Positions 1 through 13,509 are shown, numbered from the stretch's first letter. The stretch is 64,000 bases of DNA from Eledone cirrhosa (GCA_964016885.1 OZ024748.1:40114001-40178000); one strand, 5' to 3'. Notes: generated by a model not told the origin, from the sequence alone. Made by a program: numbers and translations.

Positions 1-149
1 ATGAAATAAAATAAAATAATGTAAAATATATAATCAGATATATACTCATAAGGTGTTAATAGTGAAAATTTAATGCGTAAGAAGATAGATATGGTATAGT
101 AGCCAAAAGATTATGAGAGCTAGAATAAAGAGTTGTCAAAAACCAATGA

Positions 150-295
150 TAATAATTGTTTCTACTTTTTGGCACAAGGCCAGCAATTACCCAGTACATT
201 ACTGGTACTTTATTTTATCGACCCCGAAAGGATGAAAGGCAAAGTTAACCTCGGCAGGATTTGAACTCGGATCAGAAAGGGGCGTAACTCGGTAC
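150..295 (-). mobile_element. tRNA-derived SINE copy, family A (central GCCTTTCATCCTT..GGGGTCGATAAA domain)
   Basis: Reverse complement of the SINE repeated about 12 times in this window. Boundaries are approximate. Confidence 0.8.
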
Positions 296-707
296 TAAAA
301 ACCAATGATAATAATGATGATAATAATGGTGGTAAACAAAAAACAAAAAGAATCTAAACTAAAAAATAAGTAATGGAACATATCAGCTAACGGATACAAT
401 TTATAGTACTAGAACCTTTAGGTTTATAATAAAAGTAAGAATTAGAAATAACGTGGGGGCAAGAAGAGAATATCTCAGACTTTCTATTAAGTAAGGATTC
501 GCTAGAGAAAATTATAGAGTGTGTCTCGAGGATACAGAGATTACAAAATTTAGTATATATATATAGTAATAAGCAGCGATTCTTTGCTTAAACTTTTGTA
601 TATATATAGAGAGAGAGAGATACATATAGATATATATATATGTATATGTGTATATATGTGTGTGTATATGTATATATGTGTGTATATATATATGTATATA
701 TAAGTTT

Positions 708-962
708 AATCTAACCCTAACTCTAACCCTACCTCTAAATTTAAGTTTAATTCTAAACCTAACCCTAACCCTAACTCTAACTCTAACTGTAACCCTAACC
801 CTAACTCTAACTCTAACCCTAACTCTAACCCTAACTCTAAACCTAACCCTAACTCTAACTCTAAACCTAACTCTAGCCCTACCTCTAACCCTAACTCTAA
901 ATCTAACTCCAACCCTACCTCTAACTCTAAACCTACCTCTAACTCTAACCCTACCTCTAACT
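708..962. repeat. Degenerate telomere-like hexamer array (CCCTAA/CTCTAA)n, interstitial
   Basis: Run of ctaacc/ctaact/ctacct hexamers. It explains the low-complexity ORFs 648-983 and 706-1029. Confidence 0.85.
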
Positions 963-1380
963 CTCCGGCCATTCCCTGGTTAACTTTTTCAAGTTTCACT
1001 TGAAGAGGAAAATCAAGGTGGAGAGGCAAGTGCTGTCTTCTAGTAAGTTTGTTGAAAGGTGGGTGAAAGTGGCGAGTCTAGTCCGAGTGAACGGGCCCGC
1101 TCTGAGGATGCACCTGTAGACTGAGGAGTGGGAAAACTGAGAGAGGGCGCTTGCCCTGGTGGTCAGGGTGGCCGTGATCTTTTGTGTGGTTTTCGCCACG
1201 AGTGACCCTCTGAGGTTTCCCCCTTTTGGGGGAATTTTTGTTGTTTGAATTTTTTTTTTTTTCTAACATGTTATAACCTTTTTACACGGCCAAAACCCAC
1301 TTTGTATTGTCGTGTACTGTTCTGTGCCGTCTGTAATGTTTTTCTTCCTGTTAGCCCTTGTGGCCAATAAAGAAACCATT
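963..1380 (+). mobile_element. 3' end of a non-LTR retrotransposon (L1/Tx1-like ORF2 C-terminus plus 3' UTR)
   Basis: Reads FFKFHLKRKIKVERQVLSSSKFVERWVKVASL..., followed by a T-rich UTR ending in AATAAAG. The family call rests on resemblance only. Confidence 0.45.
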
Positions 1381-1384
1381 ATTA

Positions 1385-1787
1385 AGGGTCGGACACCATG
1401 CTTTGACGCATAGTTACGGCCCTTGCCATTCTGAGTTCAAATCCCGCCGAGGTTAACTTTGCCTTTCATTCTTACGGGGTCGATAAAATAAAGTACCAGT
1501 CACGCACTGGGGTCGATTTAATCGACTTTCCCCTCCCCCAGAATTGCTGGCCTTGTGCCTATAGAAGAAATCATTATTATTATTGTTCTGGGCGGTGGAT
1601 TGGCAGTATCGGTAGAGGGTCGGACGCCATGCTTTCCAGTTAAGTTACGTCCCTTTACGATCTGAGTTCAAATCCCGCTGAGGTTGACTTTGCCTTTCAT
1701 CCTTACGGGGTCGATAAAATAAAGTACCAGTAATGAACTGGATAATGTCTGGCCTTGTGCCTAAAGTAGAAACAATTATTATTATTG
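1385..1787 (+). mobile_element. Two head-to-tail family A SINE copies
   Basis: TGGCAGTATCGG A-box-like and GAGTTCAAATCC B-box-like motifs, the shared central domain and (TTA)n tails. Copies at about 1385-1583 and 1590-1787. Confidence 0.85.
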
Positions 1788-1789
1788 TT

Positions 1790-3575
1790 CTTTGAGACTC
1801 AGTCATTGATGTTATTTAACTGGAAAGTTTGTTGAAATGAATATCAAGCCGCTACCTGCAGCCTCAGATATTCAGGACGTATTGGAGGGTTCTTGCTGTT
1901 CCCAGCAAGCATGCCTTTTGAAGTGTTCCAAAAAGCGGGGCTGGACTAATCTTCTTTAACCATCCTTGGAAACTCTTTGAGATAGTACCTAGTGCGCCTA
2001 TGACAATCGGGACGACCTTGATTTCATGGCAGTTCCAAATCCTTTAAAACTCTCACTTTAAGTCCTGATATCGGTTAATTTTCTCCCTCTCCTTTTCTTG
2101 TACTCTCGTGAAAAATGGGCAGGCTACATCTACAATCAGGCACGATCTTTTTTCCTTGTCCAAAACCACCAGGTCAGGTCTATTGTGTTCTAATTTCTTG
2201 TCCGTCTGTATCCTAAAATCCCACAGCACCTTCACCTGATCGTTTTCTATCACCGACTCTGGCTTATGCTCATGCCACTTCTCAGAATGTGGTAAATTGT
2301 TTCCTTTGTATAGATGCCAGTGGATCACCCTGCCCATCACATCATGTCTCCAGCCTTTATAGTGAGTCTGGGCTTGGTGTTTACACTCGGATACAATGTG
2401 AGTCTCAGTCTCCTCTCTCTCCACAGATCCTACACATTGGACTAGCCTCCTTGTAAATATGGCGTTTCACCCACGTTTCACCGTTCTGAGGGCCTGCTCT
2501 TGCGCAGCTATTAGCATTCCTTCTGTAGCTTTTTTAAGGTCTCCTCTTTTTAACCAGTTCCATGTCTGTGGATCTCTAAATTCAGTTTTCCTAAAGAAGG
2601 TACTATGAAGGGATATTTCATGAAGGTTGCTCTTCCTCCTTGTTGTTATTTCCTCCTTGGACATCCCCTGGTCTATTGTCTTCTCCTTCAGTACAATTTT
2701 GAGCATTGGCTCCTTACTGTCAGTCGCGTATTTGTGCAGGTTGTTTTTCTCCATCTGAACACAGTCCTCTATGCTGATAAGACCTCTTCCACCTTCAGAT
2801 ATCCTTAAGTCGAGTCTATCGACATCACACCTCTTGTGGAACATGTTGTAGATAGTCAATAGCTTCCTAGTCTTTCTATCCATTTCTTTTTGTTCAGCAA
2901 CATTCTATTTCAGAATAGACACAGCTCGGGAATTCACTGCACTTATGACATTCCTACTGTTCAGGTGTGACTTTAATACGCTCCTTACTCTCCTTATGTA
3001 CTCAGATCTTATCAATTCCTTCATTTTTTTGTTCTTGATGTCATCTGCCTCCCGAACACCTAAATATTTGTATCCTTCTTCAGTGTCAATTTCCTTTATC
3101 ATCTCATCTGTTGGTACCTGGATTCCGTTGCTTCTGCTCAATTTACCCCTCTTCATCACTAGGACTCCACACTTATTAATACCAAATTGCATACATATAT
3201 CATTGCTGAAAATACGGACAGTGTCAACAAGCACATCCAACTCCTTCTCACTCTTCCCGAAGAGCTTAAGTTCGTCCATGAAGAGGAGGTGATTGATGGT
3301 AAGCTCTCCTTTTCCCAACTTGTATCCTGCTCTCACTTTTCGCAATATAATGGTCAGGGGTATCAAGGCAAGGACAAACAGCAGAGGGGACAAACTCTCT
3401 CCCTGGAAGATACCTCTCTTGATCTTCACGCCTCCCAAGCATTCTCCACTCGATGTTAACTCTGTTTCTCAGGACTTCATACTTTTGCTCAACAACTGTC
3501 TGATGTTATCTGCCACCTTGAAGATCTCTAGGCTTTTGGTGATCCAAGAATGAGGTACCATGTCGAAAACCTTTT
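1790..3575 (-). mobile_element. 5'-truncated, degenerate R4/Dong-like non-LTR retrotransposon (RT plus restriction-like endonuclease)
   Basis: ORF fragments 2905-3438 (IKRGIFQGESLSPLLF, INHLLFMDELK), 2467-2883 and 2053-2424 (ETETHIVSEC CCHC region, RHD, RPDLVV..DK..IVDVACP PD-(D/E)xK-type nuclease). Broken by stops and frameshifts. The 3' end sits next to a (TAA)n tract. Confidence 0.85.
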
Positions 3576-3609
3576 AGCAGTAGCAGTAGTAATGTTATTA
3601 TTAAAATTG

Positions 3610-3795
3610 CCAGTGGATTGGCAGTATCGGTAGATACGCCCTGCTTTATAGCAAAGAGTTACGGCCCTTTATGTTCTGAGTTCAAATCCCGCCGAGGTTA
3701 ACTTTGCCTTTCATCCTTACGGGGTCGATAAAATAAAGTACCAGTAATACACTGGGATAATTGCTGGCCTTGTGCCAAAAGTAGAAACAATTATT
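3610..3795 (+). mobile_element. Family A SINE copy
   Basis: Near-identical to the copy at 1590-1787. Confidence 0.85.
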
Positions 3796-4004
3796 AAAAT
3801 TGCCTTTTCTATATCCTACACTGTTACGTAAACCCTCCCTTTTCTATCGCCTCTCTCTCTTTCTTTCTGCCTCAATACATACATACATACAGACAGACAC
3901 ACACACGCTATCTATCTAGGACATAATTATTCCACGATCGACAAGTAACAGTACACAATAGCGCACTTATGACAGGCCAGAGATTTACGTGGGAGGTGAT
4001 CTAC

Positions 4005-4012
4005 CATAAATA
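4005..4012 (+). promoter_or_regulatory. Candidate TATA-like box (CATAAATA) of the tryptophanase-like gene
   Basis: About 45 nt upstream of the GCCATGG start of predicted exon 1. Based on position only. Confidence 0.25.
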
Positions 4013-4056
4013 ACATCAATTCTACGAAACATCTGCCAAACCAACAAGAAACAGCC

Positions 4057-4073
4057 ATGGACTTCTCCGATCT
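4057..4073 (+). CDS. tnaA: Tandem-domain tryptophanase-like gene, coding exon 1 (MDFSDL)
   Basis: Kozak-like GCCATGG, then ATG GAC TTC TCC GAT CT|GTAAGA. The phase-2 donor matches the phase-2 acceptor at 10498 and gives MDFSDLSDFIEPF. Confidence 0.6.
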
Positions 4074-4121
4074 GTAAGAAAATCTTCTTTTCAATATTTT
4101 TTTCGAAATTATATATATGTG

Positions 4122-4214
<93 letters not shown>

Positions 4215-4236
4215 TACGTTATTCCGGGTTGAATCG

Positions 4237-4290
4237 GAGGTATCCTGATGATTTCTAATGAATGAAACAGTTCTAGTCCTGTAGAATCTC
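4237..4290 (+). ncRNA. Degenerate type I hammerhead ribozyme motif
   Basis: CTGATGA 4245-4251, short stem II ttc/gaa, GAAA 4264-4267, stem III CAG/CTG and a GTA cleavage triplet. Stem I is imperfect and position 10.1-11.1 is a U.U mismatch. Confidence 0.4.
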
Positions 4291-5020
4291 ATCTATATTA
4301 AAACTATATATATATATATATATAGCGGCGATGAATTAGTTTTGCGAGGTTTTTTATATGAAATCGTGTGTCGAAACAAATATTGTTATACTTGGGTAGG
4401 GTCATATTTGTGTAATATTGCCAGAATTAATAACAGAACACACTCACTGTTTGGTTGGTTTTCGCTTCTCGCTGTCTTTTATATCGGTAATCTAACTTAC
4501 TCGGTCCTCAATGTTGCCATTGACTGACCGACGGTCAAAAATAATACAGATACAATATAGACACAAACACATATATATAGTTTATCATAACTCTTTCGTT
4601 GCACATCTGCAACATCGTCAGTGGTGTTATATTTTCCTCCTGTTGTGTTGTATGTCTACGCCATTTTTATTCAGTCTGTCTATATATTTATTTATTTATT
4701 TGCTTGTTTGTTTATTTTATTTCGTCTTCTTTGCGCATGCGTTTGCGTGTGTGTATAGTGTTATGTTTGCTGTGTGATGGGTGACTAGTGTGTGTTTATG
4801 TGCTTGTTGTTATTGTGCTTGTGTATGTATTTATTTATTTATTTATCTTATTTTATTTACTTATTTATACTTCTCTTAGGTCAGTATTGTTTGTTTGGGT
4901 GTTGTTGTTATTCCATTCATTCTTTCTGTTTAGCTTTGGTCTTCTAATTTCTATTTCACTGGCCTCTCTGATTTGCCTATCTGCTGGCTCATTTCTATGT
5001 TTAGATATTATTCTAATTTC

Positions 5021-5125
5021 TATGTTGTCTATGTTACCGTCATGTTGTTGTCTAGCATGTTCGTATAGTACTGAGTACTATACGAACATGCTAGACAACA
5101 ACATGACGGTAACATAGACAACATA
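5021..5125. repeat. Perfect palindrome with 52-bp arms and a 1-nt spacer
   Basis: 5021-5072 is the exact reverse complement of 5074-5125. Confidence 0.95.
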
Positions 5126-5158
5126 TTCTGGCAATATTACACAAATATGACCCTCCCC

Positions 5159-5488
<330 letters not shown>

Positions 5489-6106
5489 CAGGGGTTGGAC
5501 AAAATAATGGAAACACCTAGCATCATAGAATCATAATTTTGAAATATCTATAAAACCGTCAAAAGCTTGTTTATTTTTATTGTTCTCGAGGTGGTCATTA
5601 ATTTTGGTAGTAATTTTGGTAGTAATTTTGGTAGTAATTTTGGTAGTAATTTTGGTAGTAATTTTGGGAGCTGTACTTTTGTGATCCTTTCTAACAATTC
5701 GCGTAAGAGTCCGACGGTATCTATCTGAAAGTTTTGGTTTTCTTCCGGAGTTTTGTTTCGACAAGGAGGTTTTTCCCTCTTTCTCAAAGACTGTCATTAC
5801 TTTCGAGACAGTACTTCTTGATACACCAAACATTTCAGATGTTTTCGTTACGCTAGCGCCTGCCATACGAGCACCAACAATTTGACCTCTTTGAAAGTCC
5901 GATAGATCTGTCATTTTAATGAATTTTAATTACCTTTTTCTGATGATATCTGGAGAGAAACAGCGATTTTAACAAATCATATTAAGCAACACTAATAATA
6001 AATAAAAAAAAAAACATAAAAATAAACAATCTTTTGACGGTTTTATAGATATTTCAAAATTATGATGCTATGATGCTAGGTGTTTCATTATTTTGTCCAA
6101 CCCCTG
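5489..6106 (-). mobile_element. Internally deleted Tc1/mariner DNA transposon
   Basis: About 90-bp TIRs (CAGGGGTTGGACAAAATAAT...) flanked by TA. Internal ORF 5531-5914 encodes a Tc1 paired/HTH N-terminus (MTDLSDFQRGQIVGAR...VSRSTVSKV, GRKPKLS) with no DDE domain. Confidence 0.92.
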
Positions 6107-6176
<70 letters not shown>

Positions 6177-6286
6177 GTAGGAGGTGAGTTTTATTGTAGT
6201 ACGATAAAGCAATGCAGAATATCGGATAAGTTGATTTAAAACTGCACTATCCACAAGTGTTTTTTAGCCTTCATATCATGTTCTCC

Positions 6287-6357
6287 TGTTTTATCTGATG
6301 AAAACACAAATATTATTGCATGATGATGTTTGTTTTTGAAATGCGCATAATAAAATA
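6287..6357 (+). ncRNA. Minimal type I hammerhead ribozyme
   Basis: Stem I TGTTTTAT/ATAAAATA, core CTGATGA (6295-6301), long stem II, GAAA (6338-6341), stem III T-GCGC-A with a palindromic loop, and an AUA cleavage triplet. Confidence 0.8.
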
Positions 6358-6387
6358 CATGGAACTCCTTTAACCATCTTTTGATCT

Positions 6388-6430
<43 letters not shown>

Positions 6431-6479
6431 ATGTATAATATATATATATATACATAATGTATAATATATATACATAATG

Positions 6480-6528
<49 letters not shown>

Positions 6529-6573
6529 GTGACGAAACATAAGTCAATTGCATGAACTCATAATCCTTTATTT

Positions 6574-6629
6574 ACTGCTATATATATTTCGATGATAGCC
6601 ATTGAGTGGCTATGACCTCATCAGGCAGT
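6574..6629 (-). ncRNA. Minimal type I hammerhead ribozyme
   Basis: The minus strand reads ACTGC CTGATGA GGTCATAGCCA-CTCAA-TGGCTATCATC GAAA T-ATAT-A TA GCAGT. Stems I, II and III and the catalytic core are intact. Confidence 0.8.
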
Positions 6630-6695
6630 TAGTAAGTTCTTAGATATGCCAGCTCTGTGCATATGGTGTTGATTGTATCAGAGCCTTGGGGCATA

Positions 6696-6737
<42 letters not shown>

Positions 6738-7170
6738 ATGTATAATATATATATATAATGTATAGCTATACACTGTATATATAATCATACATTATATATA
6801 TATATATATCCCTTTATCTTCTTCTTCTTCTTCTTCCTCCTCTCTCCTTTTTCTCTCTCTCTTCCCCCCCCCCCCCCCCCCCGTCAAACTTGGGCGAAAT
6901 TCTTTCCTTGCTCACATTTCAACCAGGTTTGATGGTCTTTTGTCTCTTGTTCACGATTTCACAGAGTTTATATTCATAGAGATCTGGGACTTGTCTATTT
7001 CTACTCACTTTCCGTTGCTAAAACTTTTTTGTTGTTACTCTGGCGTCCCCCTTTATTTACGTGTCCCAACGACTTTTTTTAGCCGTTGTTCGCACCTACC
7101 CGAGGCATATGGCCCTTAAAGCGATGAAATGCCCAGGACGGTTGGAGGGTCACTGATGAAGGACTCACTT

Positions 7171-7213
<43 letters not shown>

Positions 7214-7214
7214 C

Positions 7215-7365
7215 ATATTCCAGCATAGCTACGTCCGTTTACGATCTTAGTTCAAATCCCGTCGAGGTTGACTTTGCCTTTCATCCTTACGGGGTCGATA
7301 AAATAAAGAAGCAGTAATGCACTGGGTAATTGCTGGCCTTGTGCCAAAAAGATGAAACAATTATA
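7215..7365 (+). mobile_element. Family A SINE copy, 5'-truncated
   Basis: Shared central domain and 3' end. Confidence 0.8.
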
Positions 7366-7661
7366 TATATATATAATATATAATATAGATATGTATATAT
7401 ATAATGTAGTGTGTGTTAGTGTGTATATATGTATGTATATATATATACATATGTGTGTGTGTGTGTAACAATTGTTCTCGGTATGGTGAACTAACTGTTG
7501 TGTTAAAGGGTGAAAGCAGCGATTCTTTGCTTAAACTTTAATCTGTTATTTTAATAAATATTTCCTCTAGGGTTCTTATATATTTGATATATATTTATCC
7601 TTATCGAGCCCTCTTTGGATTTTAGTCTTCATATTTATTATTATTATTACTATATATATAT

Positions 7662-8460
7662 ACTAGCTGAGGTACCCGGGAGTATTCCCAGTTCCCATTA
7701 AAATGCCCAATGCCTCTCAGACTAAAAATGAAATACAAATATAGGACAGATAATCAAAAGCGAAGACAAATTCATTTACGAAACAATAATACAAACAAAT
7801 ATTGTTGATTACATTGGTCAGGTGAAAATATGTTCGTCAGAGAAGTTGAATGTTGCTATAAATAACAAATAGAACCCCATTAGGGTGTCTCAATATTATT
7901 GACATTTGCTGAAATTTTGTGAATAGGTATCATATCTTGTCATTTACCTATGATTTAAATTTCATATAAATCGAAGGGAAAACATTTTCAGTGGGGGTTT
8001 TCAACGGGGTTTTGTGCCCCTAGGGACCCTTTGATTAAAATGAAATATACTTATCGAAGTACCCTGGGCAATGTAGTTTTAAAATATATATGGTTATGGG
8101 GGTCTATCTCCAAAAGCATAGGAGGAGTTCGTGAAATCTTGTTCCATTTATTGGCCAAAATGTTCACTATAGGGGGTTTAACCCCCAATAGGGTGTCTTA
8201 ATATTATTGAAATTTGCTGATTTTTTGTGAATAGGCATCATATCTTGTCATTTACCTATGGTTTAAATTTCTTATAAATCGATGGGAAAAAATTAAGCGG
8301 GGGTTTTCAGCAGAGGTTTGAACACCCGGGGAACCCTTTGATTAAAATGAAATATACGTAAGAAATCAAATGGGCATGAGCCCCCACACACGTGTCAAGC
8401 TACATCAAGATCCGTTTGTTAGTTTTTGAGTTTTAGGTTCACCAAATTTGCACTATAGAT
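7662..8460 (-). mobile_element. Non-autonomous Helitron-like element with an internal tandem duplication
   Basis: The minus strand ends in a GC-rich segment followed by CTAG. An internal segment of about 300 bp is duplicated (7875-8160 vs 8182-8360). A related fragment lies at 18240-18498. Confidence 0.55.
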
Positions 8461-8869
8461 GTAACTTTTGCCAAGTAAAAAAGTGAGGGTATTTTTGTCT
8501 ACTGAATTTTGTTAAAAGATTAAAGACATTATTTACATATTCACTTCTTTAAAATTTCAAATGTCAACACTTCCTGTTATACGACATTCCTCACTTTTTT
8601 TCGTCGCACAACATTCCCCTCTTTTTCTTAGTCTGTCTTTTTAGATAGATATAGGGCTATAACGTAGCGTCTTTATAATATGTCTCTGTATGTCTGGCTG
8701 TCTGTATTAGATAACGTTTTTCGAAATATTTACTTCTGGGTTCACAGATTGATTTTTTTTAGTTTCAGAAGTTAAGGGTGAAAGCCTTTGCTTAAACATT
8801 GTTATTTTAATATATATATTCGTGTACAGATATTTTGCATACACAAAAACAAAAACCTATTTATTTCAC

Positions 8870-9330
8870 TAAAGCACAGACGGCTTATCGTCATTGTTAC
8901 TGTTCGAGGTTAGAGGACCACAGTCTTTCCAAGATCTGAGAACCATCAATAGCCATCAATGTTCCACTTACCGTTTGGCTTGCCAGATGCGTGGTTTGTT
9001 ACACGATGACACCTATTGGCACCTCACCCTGCAAGAAGCAGCAACTGCTAAAGTCCCTTCTCAGCTGCGAAAACCTTTTGCTATTATGCTGCACAACTGT
9101 GATCTCGCCACCCCGAAAGTCTAGCTGAGGACATCCTCCACCGCACACGCAGACACAATCCGAGCGTAACATACGATGTCGTTTTCAATGAGGCGCTCAT
9201 CTGTCTTGAAAACAGTGTCCTGGAGATTGGTGGTAGGCTTCTAAGTCACTACAGCTTACCTGCTCCTGACAGGAGTGTCCTGAGGTCAATGTCTACAGAG
9301 CTTCTCCGCGAGACGAGCTACGAGATCAGT
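8870..9330 (+). mobile_element. Helitron RepHel coding fragment, degenerate
   Basis: LLFEVRGPQSFQDLRTIN...TYRLACQMRGLLHDD..W..TLQEAA...PSQLR..FAIML is typical of the region between the Rep and PIF1 helicase domains. Contains stops. Confidence 0.85.
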
Positions 9331-9960
9331 GCTTCTCCAGTGGTCAATTGTATGTAGGATGCTCTAGGGTGAGCTCGCCAAACAATCTCTTCATCTTTGC
9401 TCCGGAGGGCCGAACAAAAAATATTGTATACTCTGAGGCTCTAACAATGTAATTTAAATATTTTCTGTTACTTGGAATTTTCATTTTGGTTGTACAAATT
9501 ATTGTTTGTTAAAAAATGTGTTCTCTGTTCAGCCTTTATTGTTGTAACTCTCAATTATCTTTAACGTACTGGCTGCTGAACTGGGGAATCCTAAAACTAT
9601 TCAAACCCAACATCAGAGCACGTTAACCATTTGGATAGTGAAAGAAAAAGAGAAAAATTTCAAATCTTTTATGAGGGATATGCAAATGAAGTAGAAGAGT
9701 AGACTGAAAATATCGTTATATTTAGACGCCAGGTACATTTAAATAATTATTAGGATACTTTATAAAAGAAGATGAAGCAGAAGAAGGAAGAAAGATAGGC
9801 TCATATTATTATTAGGGTGCAAGTAGATTTAAAAATTTAAAATGTGTTGAAGTGGTAGAATACTAAACCAAAAAGTTTTCAATATATAACCAAATCATGA
9901 GTTATAATATATATATAATGTATATAATTATATTTTAAGGAATTAAGGTTGTAGGTACAC

Positions 9961-10073
9961 TTTAGCTTATTATATTGCAACCAGTCAATTTAGCTTATTA
10001 TATTGAAACCAGTCAATTTAGCTTATTATATGGAAACCAGTCAATTTAGCTTATTATATTGCAACCAGTCAAT
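9961..10073. repeat. 28-bp minisatellite, 4 copies
   Basis: Unit TTTAGCTTATTATATTGCAACCAGTCAA. Confidence 0.9.
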
Positions 10074-10184
10074 TATATACATATTTATATAAATAGATAA
10101 AAATATATACATGCTGTTATTAATTCAAATATAATTTAAGGGTTACGAAGGATATGTGTTTACATTTTCAATATATAGTTAAGA

Positions 10185-10428
10185 AAAAAAAGTCCAAGAT
10201 GGCACGGATGGATCCCTGGGTCTCTTGTCAGTTTGTTTTGCCCGTAAAATCTGTCCGGTGATTCTTTCCTGAGACAATCTAACCACATGTCCATAGTATC
10301 ACAGCTGTGATCTCTCAATTCGGAGAAGTAGCGGCTCTACCTGGAGTAACTCTCTGATCTCAGAACTACGCACTCTATCGAGTAACATTACTCCAAAGAC
10401 CCTTCAGAGGAATCCCATTTCGGCCGCT
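10185..10428 (-). mobile_element. RTE-type LINE 3' coding fragment
   Basis: Similar to the 13510-14290 fragment (shared tctcaattcggagaagta and cactatcgagtaa blocks). Confidence 0.6.
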
Positions 10429-10498
10429 TGTATTGTTTCTATTTACGAAATAACACAACTGAGGATTTTAATAGTGTCAAATTTTCGTTTCCTTTCAG

Positions 10499-11971
10499 TT
10501 CCGACTTTATCGAACCATTTAAAATACATATTGTAGAGAACATAAAGATCAATAACCGTAACGACAGATTAATTGCTCTCGAGAAAGCTGACTACAACAT
10601 CTTTAAAGTACAACCTGAAGATGTCATGATCGATTTCCTTACAGATGCTGGCACTAATGCTTTCAGTCTTGAACAAAACGCAAGAATATGGATGGGTGAT
10701 GAAAGTTATGCCGGATCTACTAGTTATGAAACTTTGAAAGACACGGCAACATATATTTCTGGTTTTGAAAACATTCTGCCAGTTTTTTCTGAATGTATCA
10801 GTGAAGAGATTGTCGCTTCTTATTTCACAAAAGCTGGAGATAAGGTTATTGGGAATACTTTTACTTATTCACTTGAGAACCATATAAAGGATCTTCATGC
10901 TGAAGCGATTTCTTTGTTAGATTGGTCAGATAATAATTTTGCAGGAAATCTAGATGTTCAAGCACTCAAAAACTTATTGGCAGAAAATGATAAAAAATCA
11001 ATTTCCTTTCTTATAATGAATGTACCAGCAAAAAGTAGTGGTGGCCAACCAGTTAGTATGTCAAACATGAAAGCAGTTTCTGATCTCTGTCGCGAACATT
11101 CGATTCCGATATACATCGAAAGTAGTATGTATGGTGAGAACTGTTGGCTCAATAAAATGTACGAAGAGGCTTACTTCAATAAATCGTTAGTTGAGATATC
11201 GCAAGAAATGTTTTCTTTTTTCGATGGCTGCATTATTTCTGCTAAAAGAGATGGTAGAAGTGAGATTGGAAGTGTCATTTGTCTTCAAGACAAAGAAATG
11301 ACTCGAAAATTGGGCACTGTTATTACTCTTAAAGCAGGTTTCATAACTTATGGTGGGATGGCTGGCCGAGATATGGAAATGGTAGCGGTTGGCATGCGAG
11401 GTGCTTTGGATGAACTGCAAGACTATCGACAAAAACAATTGGCATTTTTCAAAAGATCCCTGAAGGAATTTGGTGTTCCGATTGTGGAGCCAGTCGGTTG
11501 TAATACCATCTTCATTGATGCCGAAAATGCTTTTCCTAACTGTAAACACGCGTTTTATCCAGCCTGGTCTTTATCTTGTGCTGTTTATATCGTCGGGGGT
11601 ATCCGATGCGCAGAGTTTGGTCAAGTTACTCGTCCAACAAGCAGCTTACCCACTAATCATTTCCTGAAAGACCGAGAATTACTAAAGCTTGAGATACCTC
11701 GTTTCATCTATACGACTTGTCACATTTTCTATGTTGCCTATGTTTTCGCTCAGCTTATTTCACATGAAATGCTTTCTGGAATGAAACTTATTGCCTGCTC
11801 CGAAGACCAAATAAAACTCGTGAAAATAAAAATGAAGCCAAATCATTCTCTGGAATATGACGATATCCAACTCCTTCCGGTACAAGACTGTGAACACAAT
11901 CACTTCTTTAAAAACATATCTCATCAAAGAGTTATGAAAAGAAATTCAATCGCCGAGGCATCTTCTATATG
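10499..11971 (+). CDS. tnaA: Tandem-domain tryptophanase-like gene, exon 2: domain 1 (non-catalytic, PLP Lys replaced by Arg) plus linker
   Basis: Acceptor TTTCCTTTCAG|10499 and donor TG|GTCAGT at 11971/11972. Motifs EPFKIHIVE, IDFLTDAGT, MGDESYAGS, GGQPVSMSNM, SAKRDG, GFITYGGMAGRDME and GGIRCAEFG match the TnaA/TPL family. Without splicing the ORF stops at 11993. Confidence 0.88.
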
Positions 11972-13509
11972 GTCAGTCGACATTCCTTCTTAAAAAGGGG
12001 ACAAACACGTTAGATAATGTAATCGTAGACACAAAAAAGACGTGGTGGTCATGATTGGAACGTCCCTGATCATATAATTGCTCTGTCAATGTTGACCTGA
12101 ACTTAAACAACAGCAACAACAACACAGAAATTTTTTTTTGTTGCACCCAAACAGGGTTCTGTAAATTCTAGATTGTACATTCTTTTATTCTTTTACTGGT
12201 TTCAGTCATTAGACTGTGGCCATGTTGGGGCACTGTTCTTTTACTGGTTTCAGTTATTAGACTGTGGCCATGCTGGGGCAGTGGTCTTTTACTGGATTCA
12301 GTGATTCTACTGTGGCCATGCTAGGGCACCAATTGATTGTTAGTTTATTTTTTTTAATTGGTTTTATTACCAACAATTAAACTATTGAACATGATTTTGA
12401 ATAGAAAGTAGGGGAAAACATTGACAGTCTTGTCAAATATAGTTTTAATATTATGTTAACAAAAAAAGGAAATAAAATATCTTTGGAAACTTAAATATAT
12501 TTCTTGTGATGTTCTTTTTACAATTATTTCACCAATATATAATTAATATCAAACATTGTGATGTATGTTTCACCAATATATAATTAATATCAAACATTGT
12601 GATGTGGTTGTGATAATTCGGGGAAAGATGGTACAACGAATATTAGATAAACTAAGGTGAAAAGATACAACAAATCAGCATTTTAAACTTTCGTCTTATA
12701 TTTCTTGATATTTTGAGGTGAGAAACTATTTTCAAAAGAAAGAAATGGAGTCTGGTGTTGTCAACGCCCAAAGAAATGTTGATAAACGATTTATTTACAT
12801 CAACTTATTATTGATGGTGACATGCTTTTGTTTCACTTTAAAAAAATATTATAATAAGGTGACATACTAATATAAATATTATTTTAAAAATAAAAAACAA
12901 ATCTTGAAACATCTTATGACTGTGGCAGTGGCAAGGTTTATAGAGTTAAGAAGCCTCACAACCATCTGATTTCCGGTTCCTTTAGACTACATGGCATCTT
13001 AAAGAAGTGTCTTTCTGCCATAGGTTCGAGTCAACAAAACGGACAGTTTGCCCTTTTCGGCTTGGCGGGCAGCAGGGCCTGGACTGGTGGTGGAATGCAC
13101 CAGGTTGGCACTTGCAATTAATTGTAATATAACTGATAGATGTTGTTTCAATTCTGTGCCATTAATTGTAGATCAACGACAACATTGTTGCAGTAGTTAT
13201 TTCAATTATGTGCCATTAATAATCTGTGTTACGAACACTACATAAATAGTCTACAGGTGTTACCTTGATTTCACCAGATGGAAATATCAAAATCAAAATT
13301 GATTATGTAATTGTTCCAAACAATATTCTCGAAATGGTGAAAAACTGCCATGTGTATATTTCTACAGATATTGGTCTAGAATATTTCAACTTAGAGACTG
13401 GAAAACACAAACGTTATTATCATAAATGTACTGTGATTGTGTGAGGCTTAATTATTAAAGATTGTAAAATCCATTCCCTGTGAATTATATCCAAGAATTT
13501 TCTTTTTCT

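Noticed and set aside
708-962. True telomere
   Set aside because: Short, degenerate and internal to the contig.
9590-9870. Purine-rich, coding-looking segment upstream of exon 2
   Set aside because: Contains stops and no recognisable motif or compatible splice pair. Probably a transposon relic that cannot be assigned.
10428-10498. N-terminal extension MYCFYLRNN... of the 521-aa ORF
   Set aside because: It starts at a TTG codon, has no family similarity and ends in a polypyrimidine-AG acceptor, so it is treated as intron.
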